Counted from the stretch's first letter, positions 10,953 through 23,263 are shown. The stretch is 64,000 bases of DNA from an uncultured Pseudomonadota bacterium (GCA_963698375.1 CAVOQN010000002.1:582947-646946); one strand, 5' to 3'. The notes: generated by a model not told the origin, from the sequence alone. Numbers and translations: made by a program.

Positions 10953-11050
10953 ATCAGCGCCGTCGTTCATTGCCAGGCCCCGCGCCCGGTTTCCGCGCGG
11001 GGTCTGTTACCATCAGGTTCGGCTTCATCTTCCTTGGGCGATGGCCTTTC

Positions 11051-13370
11051 TTACTGCTCCTGGGTCTCTATCTCTCTCACTTCCTGATGGCCCCGCGGCA
11101 ATTTCGAACCGCGTAACGCTCGTTCACTGATGTACTGATCGATATCGTTGCCGGAACGCAGCAGCAGCTCACCCTTGCCGGTACGCAGAATCAAGCGTTG
11201 GCCTTCCTTGAAGACCGCAATACCAGAAAGGTATTCCTCGCGTTTGGCAACGCGGGCGCCGGGAATAGCGAGGATTTTCTCGCCTTTGCCCTTCTCCATC
11301 GGTGGCAGCTCAGCAACCATAAACACCAGGATATTGCCTTTGTTGGTGACGGCCGCGAGCCAGTCGTCGTCATAGTTCAGGACGCGCTGAGGTGGCAGTG
11401 CCTTGGAGCCTTTCGGTACCTTGAGCACCGCCTTGCCGGCACGGCGATCGGTAATGAGGTCGCCGAGCTTGCAGATGAAACCGTAGCCGGCGTCGCTGGC
11501 AATGAGGTAGAGGTCCTCCGGCGCGCCCATCATGACGCCCGACCAGGTGGCGCCGGGTGGCGGGTTGAGGCTGGACGCCAGCGGTTCGCCGTGGCCGCGT
11601 GCCGACGGCAGCTTGTGCGCCGGCATTGTGTAGGAGCGGCCGGTGGAGTCAAGGAATACGACCTGCTGGTTGGTCTTGCCGCGCGCCGCCTGCAGGAATT
11701 TATCCCCGGTCTTGTAGTCGAGTGCGCGTGCATCCACCTCGTGGCCCTTGGCAGCACGTACCCAGCCCTTTTCCGAGAGCACCACGGTGATCGGTTCGGT
11801 CGGCAGCAGCTGGGTGACATCGATTGCCTTGGCAGCCTCGCGCTCGATGAGCGGCGAACGGCGTTTATCGCCAAACTCCTCGGCATCGCTGATGATCTCG
11901 TCGCGCACCAGCGCGCGCAGTTTCTGGTTTGATTTGAGAATCTTTTCCAATTCGTCGCGTTCCTTGGCGAGCTCGTTCTGTTCGCCGCGGATTTTCATTT
12001 CCTCAAGTTTGGCCAAATGGCGTAACTTGGTTTCGAGAATGGCTTCGGCCTGAATTTCCGTCAGCTTGAATCGCTTCATCAACACCGGCTTAGGTTCGTC
12101 CTCACGGCGGATGATGCGGATCACCTCGTCCAGATTGAGATAGGCAACCAGCAGGCCATCGAGGATGTGCAGGCGTGCCTGCACCTTGTCGAGACGGTGC
12201 TGCAAGCGCCGACGCACGGTCTCGATGCGAAACTTGAGCCACTCGCCGAGCAGGTCTTTGAGGTTGTACACGCGCGGCCGGCCGTCCAGGCCGATCATGT
12301 TCAGGTTCACCCGGTAGGAACGCTCCAGATCGGTGGTGGCAAACAGGTGTTCCATGATCTCCACCGGGTCGATGCGTCCGGAACGTGGCACGATCACGAG
12401 GCGAATCGGATTCTCATGATCCGACTCGTCGCGCAGATCCTCTACCATCGGCAGCTTTTTCTGCTGGCGCTGCTGATCGATCTGCATCAGCACCTTGGCC
12501 GGCGATACCTGGTGCGGCAGTGCCGTGATCACGATCTCGCCGTTCTCGCGCTGCCACTTGGCACGCGCACGGATACTGCCAAGGCCGGTGTTGTACATCG
12601 AACGGATCTCGGCCTTGGACGTAACGATTTCAGCCTCAGTCGGGTAGTCCGGGCCTTGAATATGCTTCATTAACTCGCCGGTCGGTTGAATCCGGCTTGT
12701 CCAGCAGGCGCACGCAGGCGGATGCCACCTCCCGCACATTGTGCGGTGGAATGTCGGTGGCCATGCCGACGGCGATACCGGTAGTGCCGTTCAGCAGTAC
12801 ATGCGGCAGGCGCGCCGGCATGATCTTCGGCTCTTCCAGCGTGCCATCGAAGTTCGGCACCCACGCCACCGTGCCTTGCTCCAGCTCGGAGAGCAGCACC
12901 TGTGCGAAGGGTGTAAGACGCGATTCGGTGTAACGCATTGCGGCGAAGCTCTTCGGGTCGTCCGGCGAGCCCCAGTTGCCCTGACCGTCCACCAGCGGAT
13001 AACGGTAGCTGAACGGCTGGGCCATGAGCACCATGGCTTCGTAGCAGGCGCTGTCACCATGCGGATGGAACTTGCCGAGCACGTCGCCCACGGTGCGCGC
13101 CGATTTCTTGTACTTGGCGGCGGCCGACAGTCCGAGCTCGGACATGGCGTAGATAATGCGACGCTGCACTGGCTTGAGGCCGTCGGCGATATTCGGAAGC
13201 GCGCGGTCCAGCACCACGTACATCGAATAATCGAGATAAGCCTTCTCGGTAAAGCTCGCCAGCGGCAGGCGTTCGATGTTCGCGACTGCGCGGGCGCGTC
13301 TCAACGGCACGGCTCTTGCCGCGCCTGACGGGCGCTTTCTTCGACGGCCGCTTGGTGGATTTCTTGCCAT
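11051..13370 (-). CDS. parC: DNA topoisomerase IV subunit A, frameshift near 12680
   Basis: [25 protein letters not shown] catalytic Tyr in ORF 12636..13370; continues GPDYPT and beta-pinwheel in ORF 11051..12739. Confidence 0.95.
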
Positions 13371-13382
13371 GCGTTTTATGCC

Positions 13383-15276
13383 TTAAACAATTTCTGCCTT
13401 ATTGCCATTCTTTTCCAGCCATTCCTTGCGGTCGCCGGCACGCTTCTTGGCCAGCATCATGTCCATGATGCGGTTGGTGTTGTCGCCGGCCTTGATCCCG
13501 AGCTGTACCAGTCGGCGCGTATTCGGGTCCATGACGGTTTCGCGCAATTGCGGCGGGTTCATCTCGCCGAGCCCCTTAAAGCGCTGAATGCCAGGGCGGG
13601 CACGCGGGTTTTCCTTTCTGGATGCGCTCCAGCGTCTGCCTGCGCTCATCTTCATCGAGCGCGTAATACACCGTCTGGCCGACGTCGATGCGGAACAGCG
13701 GCGGCATGGAGACATACACATGCCCGGCGACCACCAGTGGTTTGAAGTGTTTGACGAATAGCGCGCACAACAGCGTGGCAATGTGCGCGCCGTCCGAGTC
13801 GGCATCCGCCAGGATGCAGACCTTGCCGTAACGCAGTCCGCTGATATCACTCGAACCCGGGTCCACGCCGAGCGCGACCGCAATGTCGTGCACTTCCTGT
13901 GAACCGAGCACTTCGCCCGAGTCCACTTCCCAGGTGTTCAGGATCTTGCCGCGCAGCGGCATAATCGCCTGGTAGTCTTTGTCGCGCGCCTGCTTGGCCG
14001 AACCGCCCGCCGAGTCACCTTCGACCAGAAACAGCTCGGTCATATTGAGGTCGTTCGAGAGACAATCGGCGAGCTTGCCCGGCAGCACCGGACCCTGGCC
14101 GATCTTCTTGCGTTCGACTTTCTTGGAAGTTCGCAGGCGCGCCTGCGCCGATTCAATGGCAAGATTGGCGATGCGCTCGGCATCCGCGACATGCTGCATC
14201 AGCCACTGGGCGAAGGCATCCTTGGTTACCGTACCGACGAAGGCCGCGGCCTCGCGTGAGGTGAGACGCTCCTTGGTCTGGCCGGAGAACTGCGGGTCAT
14301 GCATCTTGTAGGACAGCACATAGCTGGTTTGTCCCCACACGTCTTCCGGCGCCAGCTTGACGCCGCGTGGCAGCAGACTGCGGAACTCGCAGAACTCGCG
14401 CAGCGCATCGGTGAGGCCCTGGCGGAAACCGTTCACATGCGTTCCATCCTGCGCGGTCGGAATCAGATTGACGTAGCTTTCCATTAGCGGCTGATCGTTC
14501 TCCGGCGCCCAGACGATGGCCCAGTCGATTTCGCCATCATTGTCTTTGAAGCGGCCAACAAACGGATCTTCCGGAATCAGCTCCTGCTTGCCAAGCTCAC
14601 TCAGCAGGTAATCCTTGAGGCCGTCTTCGTAATACCACGCTTCATTGTTCTTTTTGTCGGACTCATCTTCGAAACTGATTTTGAGTCCCGGGCACAATAC
14701 GGCCTTGGCGCGCAATACATGTTTGAGTTTCGGGACACTGAACTTGGGGCTGTCGAAAAACTTTTCTTCCGGCCAGAAGTGCACGGTGGTACCGGTGGTG
14801 CGCGCACCGACGCTGCCAATTGCCTTGAGTTCTGCGGTCTTTTGACCGCTGGCGAAGGCCATCTTGTATTCCTTGCCACCACGTTTTACGAATACTTCGA
14901 GCTTCCTGGAAAGCGCGTTCACCACTGACACGCCCACACCGTGCAAACCACCGGAGAAACTGTAGCTCTTGTTGGAGAACTTGCCGCCGGCGTGCAGGCG
15001 CGTGAGGATCACCTCGACAGCCGACACCCCCTCGCCCTTGTGCTTGTCCACCGGCATGCCGCGGCCGTCATCGGTGGCTGCCAGCGAACCGTCCTTATAG
15101 AGCACCACATCGATGCATTTGGCGTGGCCGGCAATCGCCTCATCCACCGAGTTATCGATGACTTCCTGGGCGAGGTGATTCGGTCGGGTCGTGTCGGTGT
15201 ACATGCCCGGGCGCTTGCGCACGGGTTCGAGGCCGGTCAGGACTTCAATCGCAGACGCGTCGTAGGTTCGGCTCAT
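13383..15276 (-). CDS. parE: DNA topoisomerase IV subunit B, frameshift near 13600
   Basis: EVIDNSVDE, GGLHGVG, LVEGDSAGG, PLRGKILN, DADSDG; C-terminus QRFKGLGEM in ORF 13383..13883. Confidence 0.95.
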
Positions 15277-15505
15277 GCTCGGGAAAACGTTGTAACAGAA
15301 AGACTGAATCGGGGAGGATGTGCGACACCACGGCAGCAGAACCGCGGTATGGATCGGAGACATCTGAAAGAATCGCTCGCATTGATGCGGGATTATAAAA
15401 GATATTTCAGCAAAAGTCCGTTCCGGACTTTTGCTCACGCAAGGATGATCAGAGCTGTGGTTTTAGTTGTGCGCCTGAAGTCGCGTGCAGGACCTGCACA
15501 GCGAC

Positions 15506-16107
15506 TTAGGCGAGATCCTGGGCGAGCGAGTCACGCGTCGCCTCCGGTACCGGGCTGACGCTATGTGTGTAGGCCGGATGTTCGATGCCCATGCTGATGG
15601 CTGCGCCGCCCTTCACGGCCTTGATCATGTCCGGCGACAGTTCAAAGCGCAGAAAATGCACGGACGAAGTCTTCTCTTCGGTGGTGCGCTCCAGATCCTC
15701 GTCAGCAATCGGCCAGACCTTGGCGAAACCCGCGACCTGCACCCAGACCTTGTGCTCGACACCGATCAATCTTGCCCAAGGCGACACGGCGCTCATCCTC
15801 GTCGCCGTATTCGATCATGAAGGTCGCCTTCCAGTTGCTGCCGTCCGGAATCATCGGGATTATAGGCATTGAGCTCATCTTCGATGCCCGCCTCTTCGAA
15901 AATGCGTTCGGCACGCAGCATTTCCTGTATCTGGTAGTGCATGGTCAGCCGGTCTTCGAAGTAGAGGGTCGCGTGCGGACCGATCTGCACCTGACGATTC
16001 TTCTTGTGCGCCATGACCTTGGCACGGAAATCGTTGCGTTGCCTGGCATACTGCTCCAGCGGCATGAGCTGGTCGCGGGTGAGTTTCTGCATGGTTAGGG
16101 TTCTCAT
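15506..16107 (-). CDS. DUF3501-family protein, frameshifts near 15855 and 15775
   Basis: YQIQEMLRAERI, WKATFMIEY and KTSSVHFLRFEL spread over three frames; typical partner of the aerobic rubrerythrin cluster. Confidence 0.8.
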
Positions 16108-16117
16108 AATTTGCTCT

Positions 16118-16417
16118 TCAGGACTTGTGCTTCTCTTCCAGGGCGGCGATGGGTTTATCGGTGAACAGATAGTCACGCAGCTCCTTGTCGAATCGTGGAT
16201 CACGGCGGCGAATCCACTCCAGCACCATGGCGGCATGCTCCTTTTCCTCGTCGCGGTTGTGCGCGAGGATGGCGCGCAGTTCCTTGTCCTTGCATACGTC
16301 GACGCGCTGGTTGTACCAGTCGACCGCCTCCAGCTCCTCCATCAGTGACACGATGGCGCGGTGCATGTCGCGGGTTTCCTCGCTCAGGTTCGATTCGTGA
16401 TACCCCTCATTAGACAT
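16118..16417 (-). CDS. Encapsulated-ferritin (EncFtn/Flp)-like protein
   Basis: HRAIVSLMEELEAVDWYNQR and HNRDEEKEHAAM ferroxidase motifs; RBS AAGGAG. Confidence 0.9.
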   Translation of the reverse strand: MSNEGYHESNLSEETRDMHRAIVSLMEELEAVDWYNQRVDVCKDKELRAILAHNRDEEKEHAAMVLEWIRRRDPRFDKELRDYLFTDKPIAALEEKHKS

Positions 16418-16441
16418 AGCCGCTCCTTGTTTTATTGAAAT

Positions 16442-17785
16442 TCATATCCCATATGCCGTACGCAGCAGTGACATTGGGTGCTATCGGCTGCTTGCCGTTC
16501 TTCAGGCCATTCTCGATCTGGTGCCCGGCCATCGGGCAATCACTGCTGTAGTGGTCGCACTCGCTCGCCTTCACCCGATCCACCACCGGCCGGCAGATCT
16601 TCATCGAAGCATCGTGGAACTCGCTCTTCACCGCGTAGGTGCCGTCATGTCCGGAACAACGCTCGATGGTCTCGATTTTCGTGTCCGGCACAAGCTGCAA
16701 CAGCTCGCGCGTCTTGAGACCGATATTCTGCACGCGCAGGTGGCAGGGTACGTGGTAGGCGACCTTGCCGAGTGACTGCTTGAAATCGGTGTTCAGCTTG
16801 CCCTCTTTGTGACGCAGCATCAGGTACTCAAAGGGATCGAACATCGCCTTCTTCACCTTCTGCACGTCCGGATCATCCGGGAACATGAGCGGCAGTTCCT
16901 GCTTGAACATGAGCGCGCAGGACGGCACCGGTGCCACGATGTCCCAACCCTCATCCACTAGCTTGGCCAGCACTGGAATGTTCGCTTCTTTGGCGCGCGC
17001 CACGGCCTCAAGGTCGCCAAGTTCAAGCTTGGGCATGCCGCAGCACTGCTCTTTCTCGGCAATGGTGACGGGGATGCCGTTATGGCGAAACACTGCCACC
17101 AGGTCCTCGGCGACATGCGGTTCGTTGTAGTTGCCATAGCAGGTGGCATACAGCGCCACGCGTCCACGCGTGCCGGCTGTCTGGTCTGCCGATCCTGCTG
17201 CGGCGGCAGCGTCGTAGCGCTTGCGAAAGGTGCGGCTGTGATATTCCGGCAGTATAGCGTCCGGATGCACGCCCAAAACCTTGTCGAGCGCTTTGCGGAA
17301 CACCTTGGTCTTGTTCGAGGCGTTGACGGTCTGCACCACGATTGGAATTCCCGCGAGCTTGCCGACCGTGTCGGTGCTGGTGAGCAGGCGGTCACGCAAC
17401 TTGGTGTCGCCCTTCTGGAACTTGACCGCCTTGGCGCGCAGCATGAGATGCGGGAAGTCGAGATTCCACTCATGCGGTGGCACATAGGGCACTTGGTCAT
17501 GAAGCACAGGTCGCACAGGTAACAGTGGTCCACGACCTTCCAGTAGTCTTCCTTCTTGATCCCGTCGACTTCCAGGGTGGGCGACTCATCCACCAGATCA
17601 AATAGCGTCGGGAATGACTGACACAGGCTCACGCATCGACGACAGCCGTGGCAGATGTCGTAGACCCGCTCCAGTTCTTTGAACAAAGATTCCTCGTCGT
17701 AGAACTCCGGATTCTTCCAATCGAGCGGATGACGGGTGGGCGCCTGGAGACTGCCCTCGCGCTTGCCTTCGGTCGGTGCGGACAT
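16442..17785 (-). CDS. Rubrerythrin-associated Fe-S oxidoreductase (RFO; GlpC/CCG-domain), frameshifts near 17490 and 16480
   Basis: [11 protein letters not shown] and [13 protein letters not shown] 4Fe-4S motifs, CCGMP, PCH, RCSGHDG; alternative frame ends [12 protein letters not shown] at 16442. Confidence 0.85.
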
Positions 17786-17870
17786 GGTTATTCCTTAACT
17801 TTCTTGGTGAGAAACCAAGCAAAGCCGCAATACGTCTGGTTACCGTTTCATTGCTTCTTGGCTCGCCAAA

Positions 17871-17903
17871 CAATGCGGGACCGGCCAATCCGGCCCCGCA
17901 TTG
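17871..17903 (-). other. Intercistronic stem-loop between rbr and RFO
   Basis: CAATGCGGGACCGG-ccaat-CCGGCCCCGCATTG. Confidence 0.5.
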
Positions 17904-17924
17904 CAACATTGCACAAAGCCTGAC

Positions 17925-18347
17925 TTACTTGCCGAGCGTGTCCAGCGCCTTCTGGAAACGGTTGGCGTGCGAACGTTCGGCCTTGGCCAATGTTTCAAAC
18001 CAGTCGGCGATTTCGCCAAAACCCTCATCGCGCGCGGTTTTGGCCATACCCGGGTACATGTCGGTGTACTCATGGGTCTCACCGGCTATTGAAGCCTTCA
18101 GGTTGTCGGCGGTCGCGCCGATCGGCAGACCGGTGGCCGGGTCACCCACCTGCTCCATGTATTCAAGGTGGCCGTGCGCATGGCCGGTCTCGCCTTCGGC
18201 GGTGGAACGGAACACGGCGGACACGTCGTTGAAGCCTTCGACGTCAGCCTTGTTGGCAAAGTACAGGTAACGGCGGTTTGCCTGGGATTCACCGGCAAAT
18301 GCGTCTTTCAGGTTTTCATGGGTTTTTGTGCCTTTGAGCGGCTTCAT
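17925..18347 (-). CDS. rbr: Rubrerythrin (short aerobic-type, no rubredoxin domain)
   Basis: [37 protein letters not shown] di-iron motifs. Confidence 0.93.
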   Translation of the reverse strand: MKPLKGTKTHENLKDAFAGESQANRRYLYFANKADVEGFNDVSAVFRSTAEGETGHAHGHLEYMEQVGDPATGLPIGATADNLKASIAGETHEYTDMYPGMAKTARDEGFGEIADWFETLAKAERSHANRFQKALDTLGK

Positions 18348-18412
18348 CTTGCTTCTCCTTAAGGGATCTGTCGGTTGATGGATAAGGCTTTATTCGTCAG
18401 TGGAATTCACTG

Positions 18413-18452
18413 ATTTAGAATTATTCTAAATTAAGTTATACTGATGTGTCAA
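18413..18452 (-). promoter_or_regulatory. Sigma70 promoter of rbr operon overlapped by a Fur-family (Irr ICE/PerR-like) operator
   Basis: Minus-strand TTGACA (18452-18447)-N18-TAGAAT (18428-18423); perfect 9-1-9 palindrome ATTTAGAAT-T-ATTCTAAAT at 18413-18431. Confidence 0.75.
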
Positions 18453-18483
18453 CAGCATCATGGCATGCATTGCGGGCCGTTCA

Positions 18484-18497
18484 TTGACCCCAATCAA
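18484..18497. promoter_or_regulatory. FNR/CRP-family box candidate
   Basis: TTGAC-CCCA-ATCAA, one mismatch to TTGAT-N4-ATCAA, in the rbr/pilB divergent intergenic region. Confidence 0.4.
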
Positions 18498-18708
18498 ACA
18501 TCCTCCTTGCACACAAGATATTCGAATTGCCGTGAGAGCAATTTGTATAAATAATTAGGCAACATGCAGTGCAGAAAAGTGAGCACATCACCATGATTTC
18601 GGCAACGATGGCATTTGGCGATCCGGCTTCTCTCATCTACTATTAACTCTTGAACCGAATGGCCTGATCAGGCTCAACATTTTTCAATTTTTTTTCAACA
18701 GAATAGAT

Positions 18709-20434
18709 ATGGCAATTCCCACGCCTGCGAGCAATCTGAGCGGTCTGGCCTTGCGTCTTGTACGCGAAGGCTATCTGCCCGCAGCCGACGCCAACGCGCC
18801 TGCAAAGCGAGGCCAACACCCAGAAACTCCCGCTGATTACCCATCTGGTCAGCAGCAAGAAACTCAATAGCGGAACGATCGCCAAGGTTGCCTCTGAGGA
18901 GTTTGGCGTTCCACTGTTCGACATTACCGCACTCGATACCGAGAATGCGCCATTCAAGCTGGTTAGCGAAAATATCCTCCGCAAACACAAGGCCTTGCCG
19001 CTATTCAAACGTGGCAACAAGTTGTATGTGGCGGTGGCTGACCCAACCAACCTCCAGGGTCTGGACGAGATCAAGTTCAACACTGGCCTGGCCACTGAAC
19101 CTGTATTGGTAGATGAAGCAAAGCTGTCGCTCGCACTCGACAAGATGCTGGATGCGGCAGACACCACGCTCACCGACTTCGCCGTCGGCGGAGACGATCT
19201 GGAAGGCCTGGATATTGGCGGCGACGAAGATGCCAGAAACAAGGGACCGGAATCCGAAGACGATGTTAACGATGCGCCTATCGTCAAGTTCGTGAACAAG
19301 CTGCTGCTGGATGGCATCAATCGTGGCGCCTCGGACATCCATATTGAGCCATATGAAAAATTCTGCCGTGTGCGCTATCGCATCGACGGCATGTTGCACG
19401 AAGTCGCACAACCACCGCTGGCACTCGCCGGCCGTCTCGCGGCGCGCATGAAGATTCTGTCGCGTCTCGATATTGCCGAGCGTCGTGTGCCACAGGACGG
19501 TCGTATCAAACTGCGCATTTCCAAGAACCGTGCGATCGACTTCCGTGTCAGCACCATGCCCACGCTGTTTGGCGAGAAGGTGGTGGCACGTATTCTCGAT
19601 CCGAGCTCGGCGAGCCTCGGCATCGAGAAACTCGGATACGAACCCGAACAGCAGCGCCTGTTCCTCGAGGCCATTCATCGACCCTATGGCATGGTGCTTG
19701 TTACCGGCCCGACCGGTAGCGGCAAGACCGTAAGCCTGTATACAGCAGTGAACATACTGAATACGCCGGAGACCAACATCTCCACAGCTGAGGATCCGGT
19801 CGAAATCAACCTGCCGGGCATCAACCAGGTCAATATTAACGAGAGGGCCGGACTCACCTTCTCCCTCGCATTGAAGGCTTTCTTGCGCCAGGATCCGGAC
19901 ATTATTCTGGTGGGCGAAATCCGCGACCTCGAAACTGCCGAGATTGCCATCAAGGCCGCCCAGACCGGTCATATGGTGCTCTCCACGCTGCACACCAATG
20001 ACGCGCCGAAGACACTCAGTCGTCTGGTGAACATGGGTGTTGCGCCATTTAATATCGCCTCCGCAGTGCTTCTGATCGTGGCACAGCGGCTGGCACGGCG
20101 ACTGTGCCCAAACTGCAAGAAACCAGTGAACATCCCAAAAGAAGCCTTGCTCAAGGCCGGCTTTAAAGAGACTGAATTAAGGGATCTTAAAATATACGGC
20201 CCCAATCCTGATGGCTGCGACAGTTGCAGCCTCGGCTACAAGGGACGCGTCGGTGTCTACCAGGTGATGCCGATCTCGGAAGGAATCAGCGCCATCATCA
20301 TGCGCGGTGGCAATGCCCTGGATATCGAGATGCAGGCCAAGAAAGACGGCGTGGCGGACCTGCGTGAATCAGCTCTCAAAAAAGTGCGTGACGGCCTGAC
20401 CAGTCTGGAAGAAGTCGAGCGCATCACTAACTAG
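18709..20434 (+). CDS. pilB: Type IV pilus assembly ATPase, frameshift near 18797
   Basis: N-terminus MAIPTPASNLSGLALRLV from 18709; ASDIHIEP, GPTGSGKT, LRQDPD, STLHTN, Cys pairs. Confidence 0.95.
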
Positions 20435-20463
20435 CTATCCTCTATACAGGAAGATCCTTACTC

Positions 20464-21717
20464 ATGGCAGAACAGGCGGTGGCAAAGGCCGGGAAGGCCG
20501 AAAAGATCGAGAAGCAGAAGTTATTCCTCTTTAACTGGGAGGGTCTCGACAAAAAGGGCAAGAAACTGCAAGGCGTGACCGAAGCGATCAGCGTTGCCTA
20601 TGTCAACGCCATGCTCCGCCGCCAAGGTGTCAATCCGACCAAAGTACGCAAACAAACGAAGTCACTCTTTCAAACTAAAAAGAAAATCACGCAAAAGGAC
20701 ATCTCGATTTTCACCCGCCAGTTCGCCACCATGGTGGAATCCGGTATCCCAATCGTGCAAGGCATCGAGATCGTGGCCAAAGGTCACGAAAACCCAAGCA
20801 TGCAACAATTGCTGACCGCGGTGAAACAGGACATTGAATCCGGCACTACCCTGAGCGCAGCGCTCGGCAAACACAAGCTGTACTTCGATGCCCTCTACTG
20901 CAACCTGGTCCAGGCTGGCGAGCAGGCCGGTATTCTCGACGACATTCTCCAAAAAGTTGCAACTTACAAGGAAAAAATCGAGGCCATCAAAGGCAAAATC
21001 AAATCCGCGCTCTTTTATCCTGCAGCCGTAATTGTCGTGGCCTTTATCGTTACCGCGATCTTGCTGATTTTCGTCATTCCGCAGTTCGAAAGCATGTTCA
21101 AAGGATTCGGTGCGGAATTACCGGCATTGACCCAGTTTGTGGTTGAACTTTCCAGGTGCATGCGTGAATGGTGGTGGCTCATCTTCGGTAGCCTGGGCGG
21201 CTCGGTGGCTTTCATTGGCTACACCTACAAGCGCTCGGAAAAGATGCAGCACATGGTGGACCGAATGATCCTGCGCGCACCGGTTGTCGGCGTGATCGTA
21301 AAGAAAGCAACGATCGCACGTTACGCCCGTACCTTGGGCACCATGTTTGCGGCCGGCGTTCCGCTGGTCGAAAGCTTGGACTCCGTGGCCGGCGCCGCCG
21401 GCAATCGCGTGTACTATGAAGGCGTCATCGCCATCAAGAATGAGGTCTCTACCGGCACTCACCTGCGCGTCGCGATGGAACACACCGGCTTGTTTCCCAA
21501 TATGGTCGTACAGATGGTGGCTATCGGTGAAGAATCCGGTGAACTCGACAAGATGCTTGGCAAGGTAGCGGACTTCTACGAACAGGAAGTGGATGATGCG
21601 GTCGAGTCGCTTAGCAGTCTCATCGAGCCCATGATCATGGCGTTCCTTGGAATCGTTGTCGGCGGACTGGTAATCGCCATGTATCTGCCTATCTTCAAGC
21701 TCGCTGCGGTGGTTTGA
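20464..21717 (+). CDS. pilC: Type IV pilus inner membrane platform protein
   Basis: FTRQFATM, IKSALFYP, GEESGELD, AMYLPIF; intact. Confidence 0.96.
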   Translation: MAEQAVAKAGKAEKIEKQKLFLFNWEGLDKKGKKLQGVTEAISVAYVNAMLRRQGVNPTKVRKQTKSLFQTKKKITQKDISIFTRQFATMVESGIPIVQGIEIVAKGHENPSMQQLLTAVKQDIESGTTLSAALGKHKLYFDALYCNLVQAGEQAGILDDILQKVATYKEKIEAIKGKIKSALFYPAAVIVVAFIVTAILLIFVIPQFESMFKGFGAELPALTQFVVELSRCMREWWWLIFGSLGGSVAFIGYTYKRSEKMQHMVDRMILRAPVVGVIVKKATIARYARTLGTMFAAGVPLVESLDSVAGAAGNRVYYEGVIAIKNEVSTGTHLRVAMEHTGLFPNMVVQMVAIGEESGELDKMLGKVADFYEQEVDDAVESLSSLIEPMIMAFLGIVVGGLVIAMYLPIFKLAAVV

Positions 21718-21765
21718 CATACAGGATCGCATCCCCGTCATTTTCACTGGTTTTTCTTCGCGCTG

Positions 21766-22639
21766 ATGACATTGCTGACCCTCATTCAGTCGAATCCGCT
21801 TGCCTTCGGTATTCTCGCATCAATTTTCGGCTTGATTGTGGGCAGCTTTCTCAACGTCGTCATTCACCGCACGCCGATTGTGCTTATGCGAAGCTGGCAA
21901 CGGGATTGCCAGGAATTGACCGGGAATACAGATGATTTTTCTGCTCACGAGAAATTCAACCTGATAACACCCCGCTCGCGCTGCCCACACTGCGGTCATG
22001 AAATCAGCGCGCTGGAGAACATTCCGGTTGTGAGTTACCTGTGGCTACGCGGTAAGTGCTCGGCCTGCCAGAAACCGATCAGCCTGCGTTACCCATTCGT
22101 CGAAATTCTGTCCGCCATACTCACTGCCGTCACGGCCTGGCACTTTGGTTTCAATGCCGCCGGCATTGCGGCGATATGTGCTCACCTGGTTTCTGATTGC
22201 ACTGGTCTTCATCGATATCGACCACATGCTCTTGCCGGACGTCATGGTGCTGCCGTTTTTGTGGGTGGGCCTACTGTTGAATCTGTTCAATGTATTTACA
22301 TCCCTGCCACAGGCTGTAGTCGGCGCGGTAGCCGGTTACCTTTCTCTGTGGCTTGTGTTTCAACTGTTCAAACTCATCACCGGCAAGGAAGGGATGGGGT
22401 ATGGCGATTTCAAGCTGTTTGCGCTGTTCGGTGCCTGGCTCGGCTGGCAAAGCTTGCCGCTCATCATCCTTCTATCTTCCTTCATTGGCGCATTCATCGG
22501 TATTGGGCTGATCATCTTCCAGGGACGCGACCGCGCCAAACCCTTGCCATTCGGCCCCTACCTTGCCGCGGCCGGCTGGGTGGCCATGCTCTGGGGCGAT
22601 GCCATCACACGGCAATATCTGCAGATGGCTCGTATCTAG
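21766..22639 (+). CDS. pilD: Prepilin peptidase, frameshift near 22178
   Basis: GSFLNVVIHR, CPHC/CSAC; second frame has FIDID, GMGYGDFKL, PFGPYL. Confidence 0.93.
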
Positions 22640-22651
22640 AAACCTCCTGCC

Positions 22652-23263
22652 ATGTTGCGCATCGGGCTTACCGGCGGTATTGGAAGCGGGAAGACTACAA
22701 TCGCCGCATTATTCGCGGCACACGGTGTGCCTGTCATTGATGCGGACACAATCGCTCATCAGCTCACCCTTCCAGGCACGCCGGCCACGAACCAGATTCT
22801 AGAATTACTCGGCCCGGATATTGCTGCCACCACCGGCAGCATCAATCGCCAGCGCCTCGCACAACGCATCTTCACTGATCCCGAAGCGCGTGCGCAGCTT
22901 GAGGAAATTCTGCATCCACTGATCCGTGTTGAAATGCAGCGTCAGCAGAATAATCTCGATGCACCCTACTGTCTGCTGGTCATCCCACTGCTGTTCGAAG
23001 CCGGACAGCGCGACATGGTGGACCGGGTACTGGTTGTGGATGTAGACGAAGAATTGCAAATCGCGCGGGTAGCGGCACGAGACGGGCGGAGTACTGACGA
23101 GATACGCGCCATCCTCTCGACCCAAACCGATCGCGCACAGCGACTGAAGCAGGCGGACGACATCATGACAAACACCGGAGATGTAGCATCTCTCAAGGCC
23201 CAAGTCGATGCGTTGCATCGAAAATACCTTGCCCTGGCCACGGAAAAGCCTCGTCGTTGTTAG
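22652..23263 (+). CDS. coaE: Dephospho-CoA kinase
   Basis: IGLTGGIGSGKT, IDAD, ILHPLI, PLLFE; follows pilD. Confidence 0.95.
   Translation: MLRIGLTGGIGSGKTTIAALFAAHGVPVIDADTIAHQLTLPGTPATNQILELLGPDIAATTGSINRQRLAQRIFTDPEARAQLEEILHPLIRVEMQRQQNNLDAPYCLLVIPLLFEAGQRDMVDRVLVVDVDEELQIARVAARDGRSTDEIRAILSTQTDRAQRLKQADDIMTNTGDVASLKAQVDALHRKYLALATEKPRRC

Noticed and set aside
11051-15276. Programmed frameshifting or pseudogenisation of parC/parE
   Set aside because: No clear slippery-site plus stimulator pattern; essential genes; same indel pattern as across the window
18461-18473. TGGCATGCATTGC as a sigma54 promoter for pilB
   Set aside because: GG-to-GC spacing is 8 rather than the required 10
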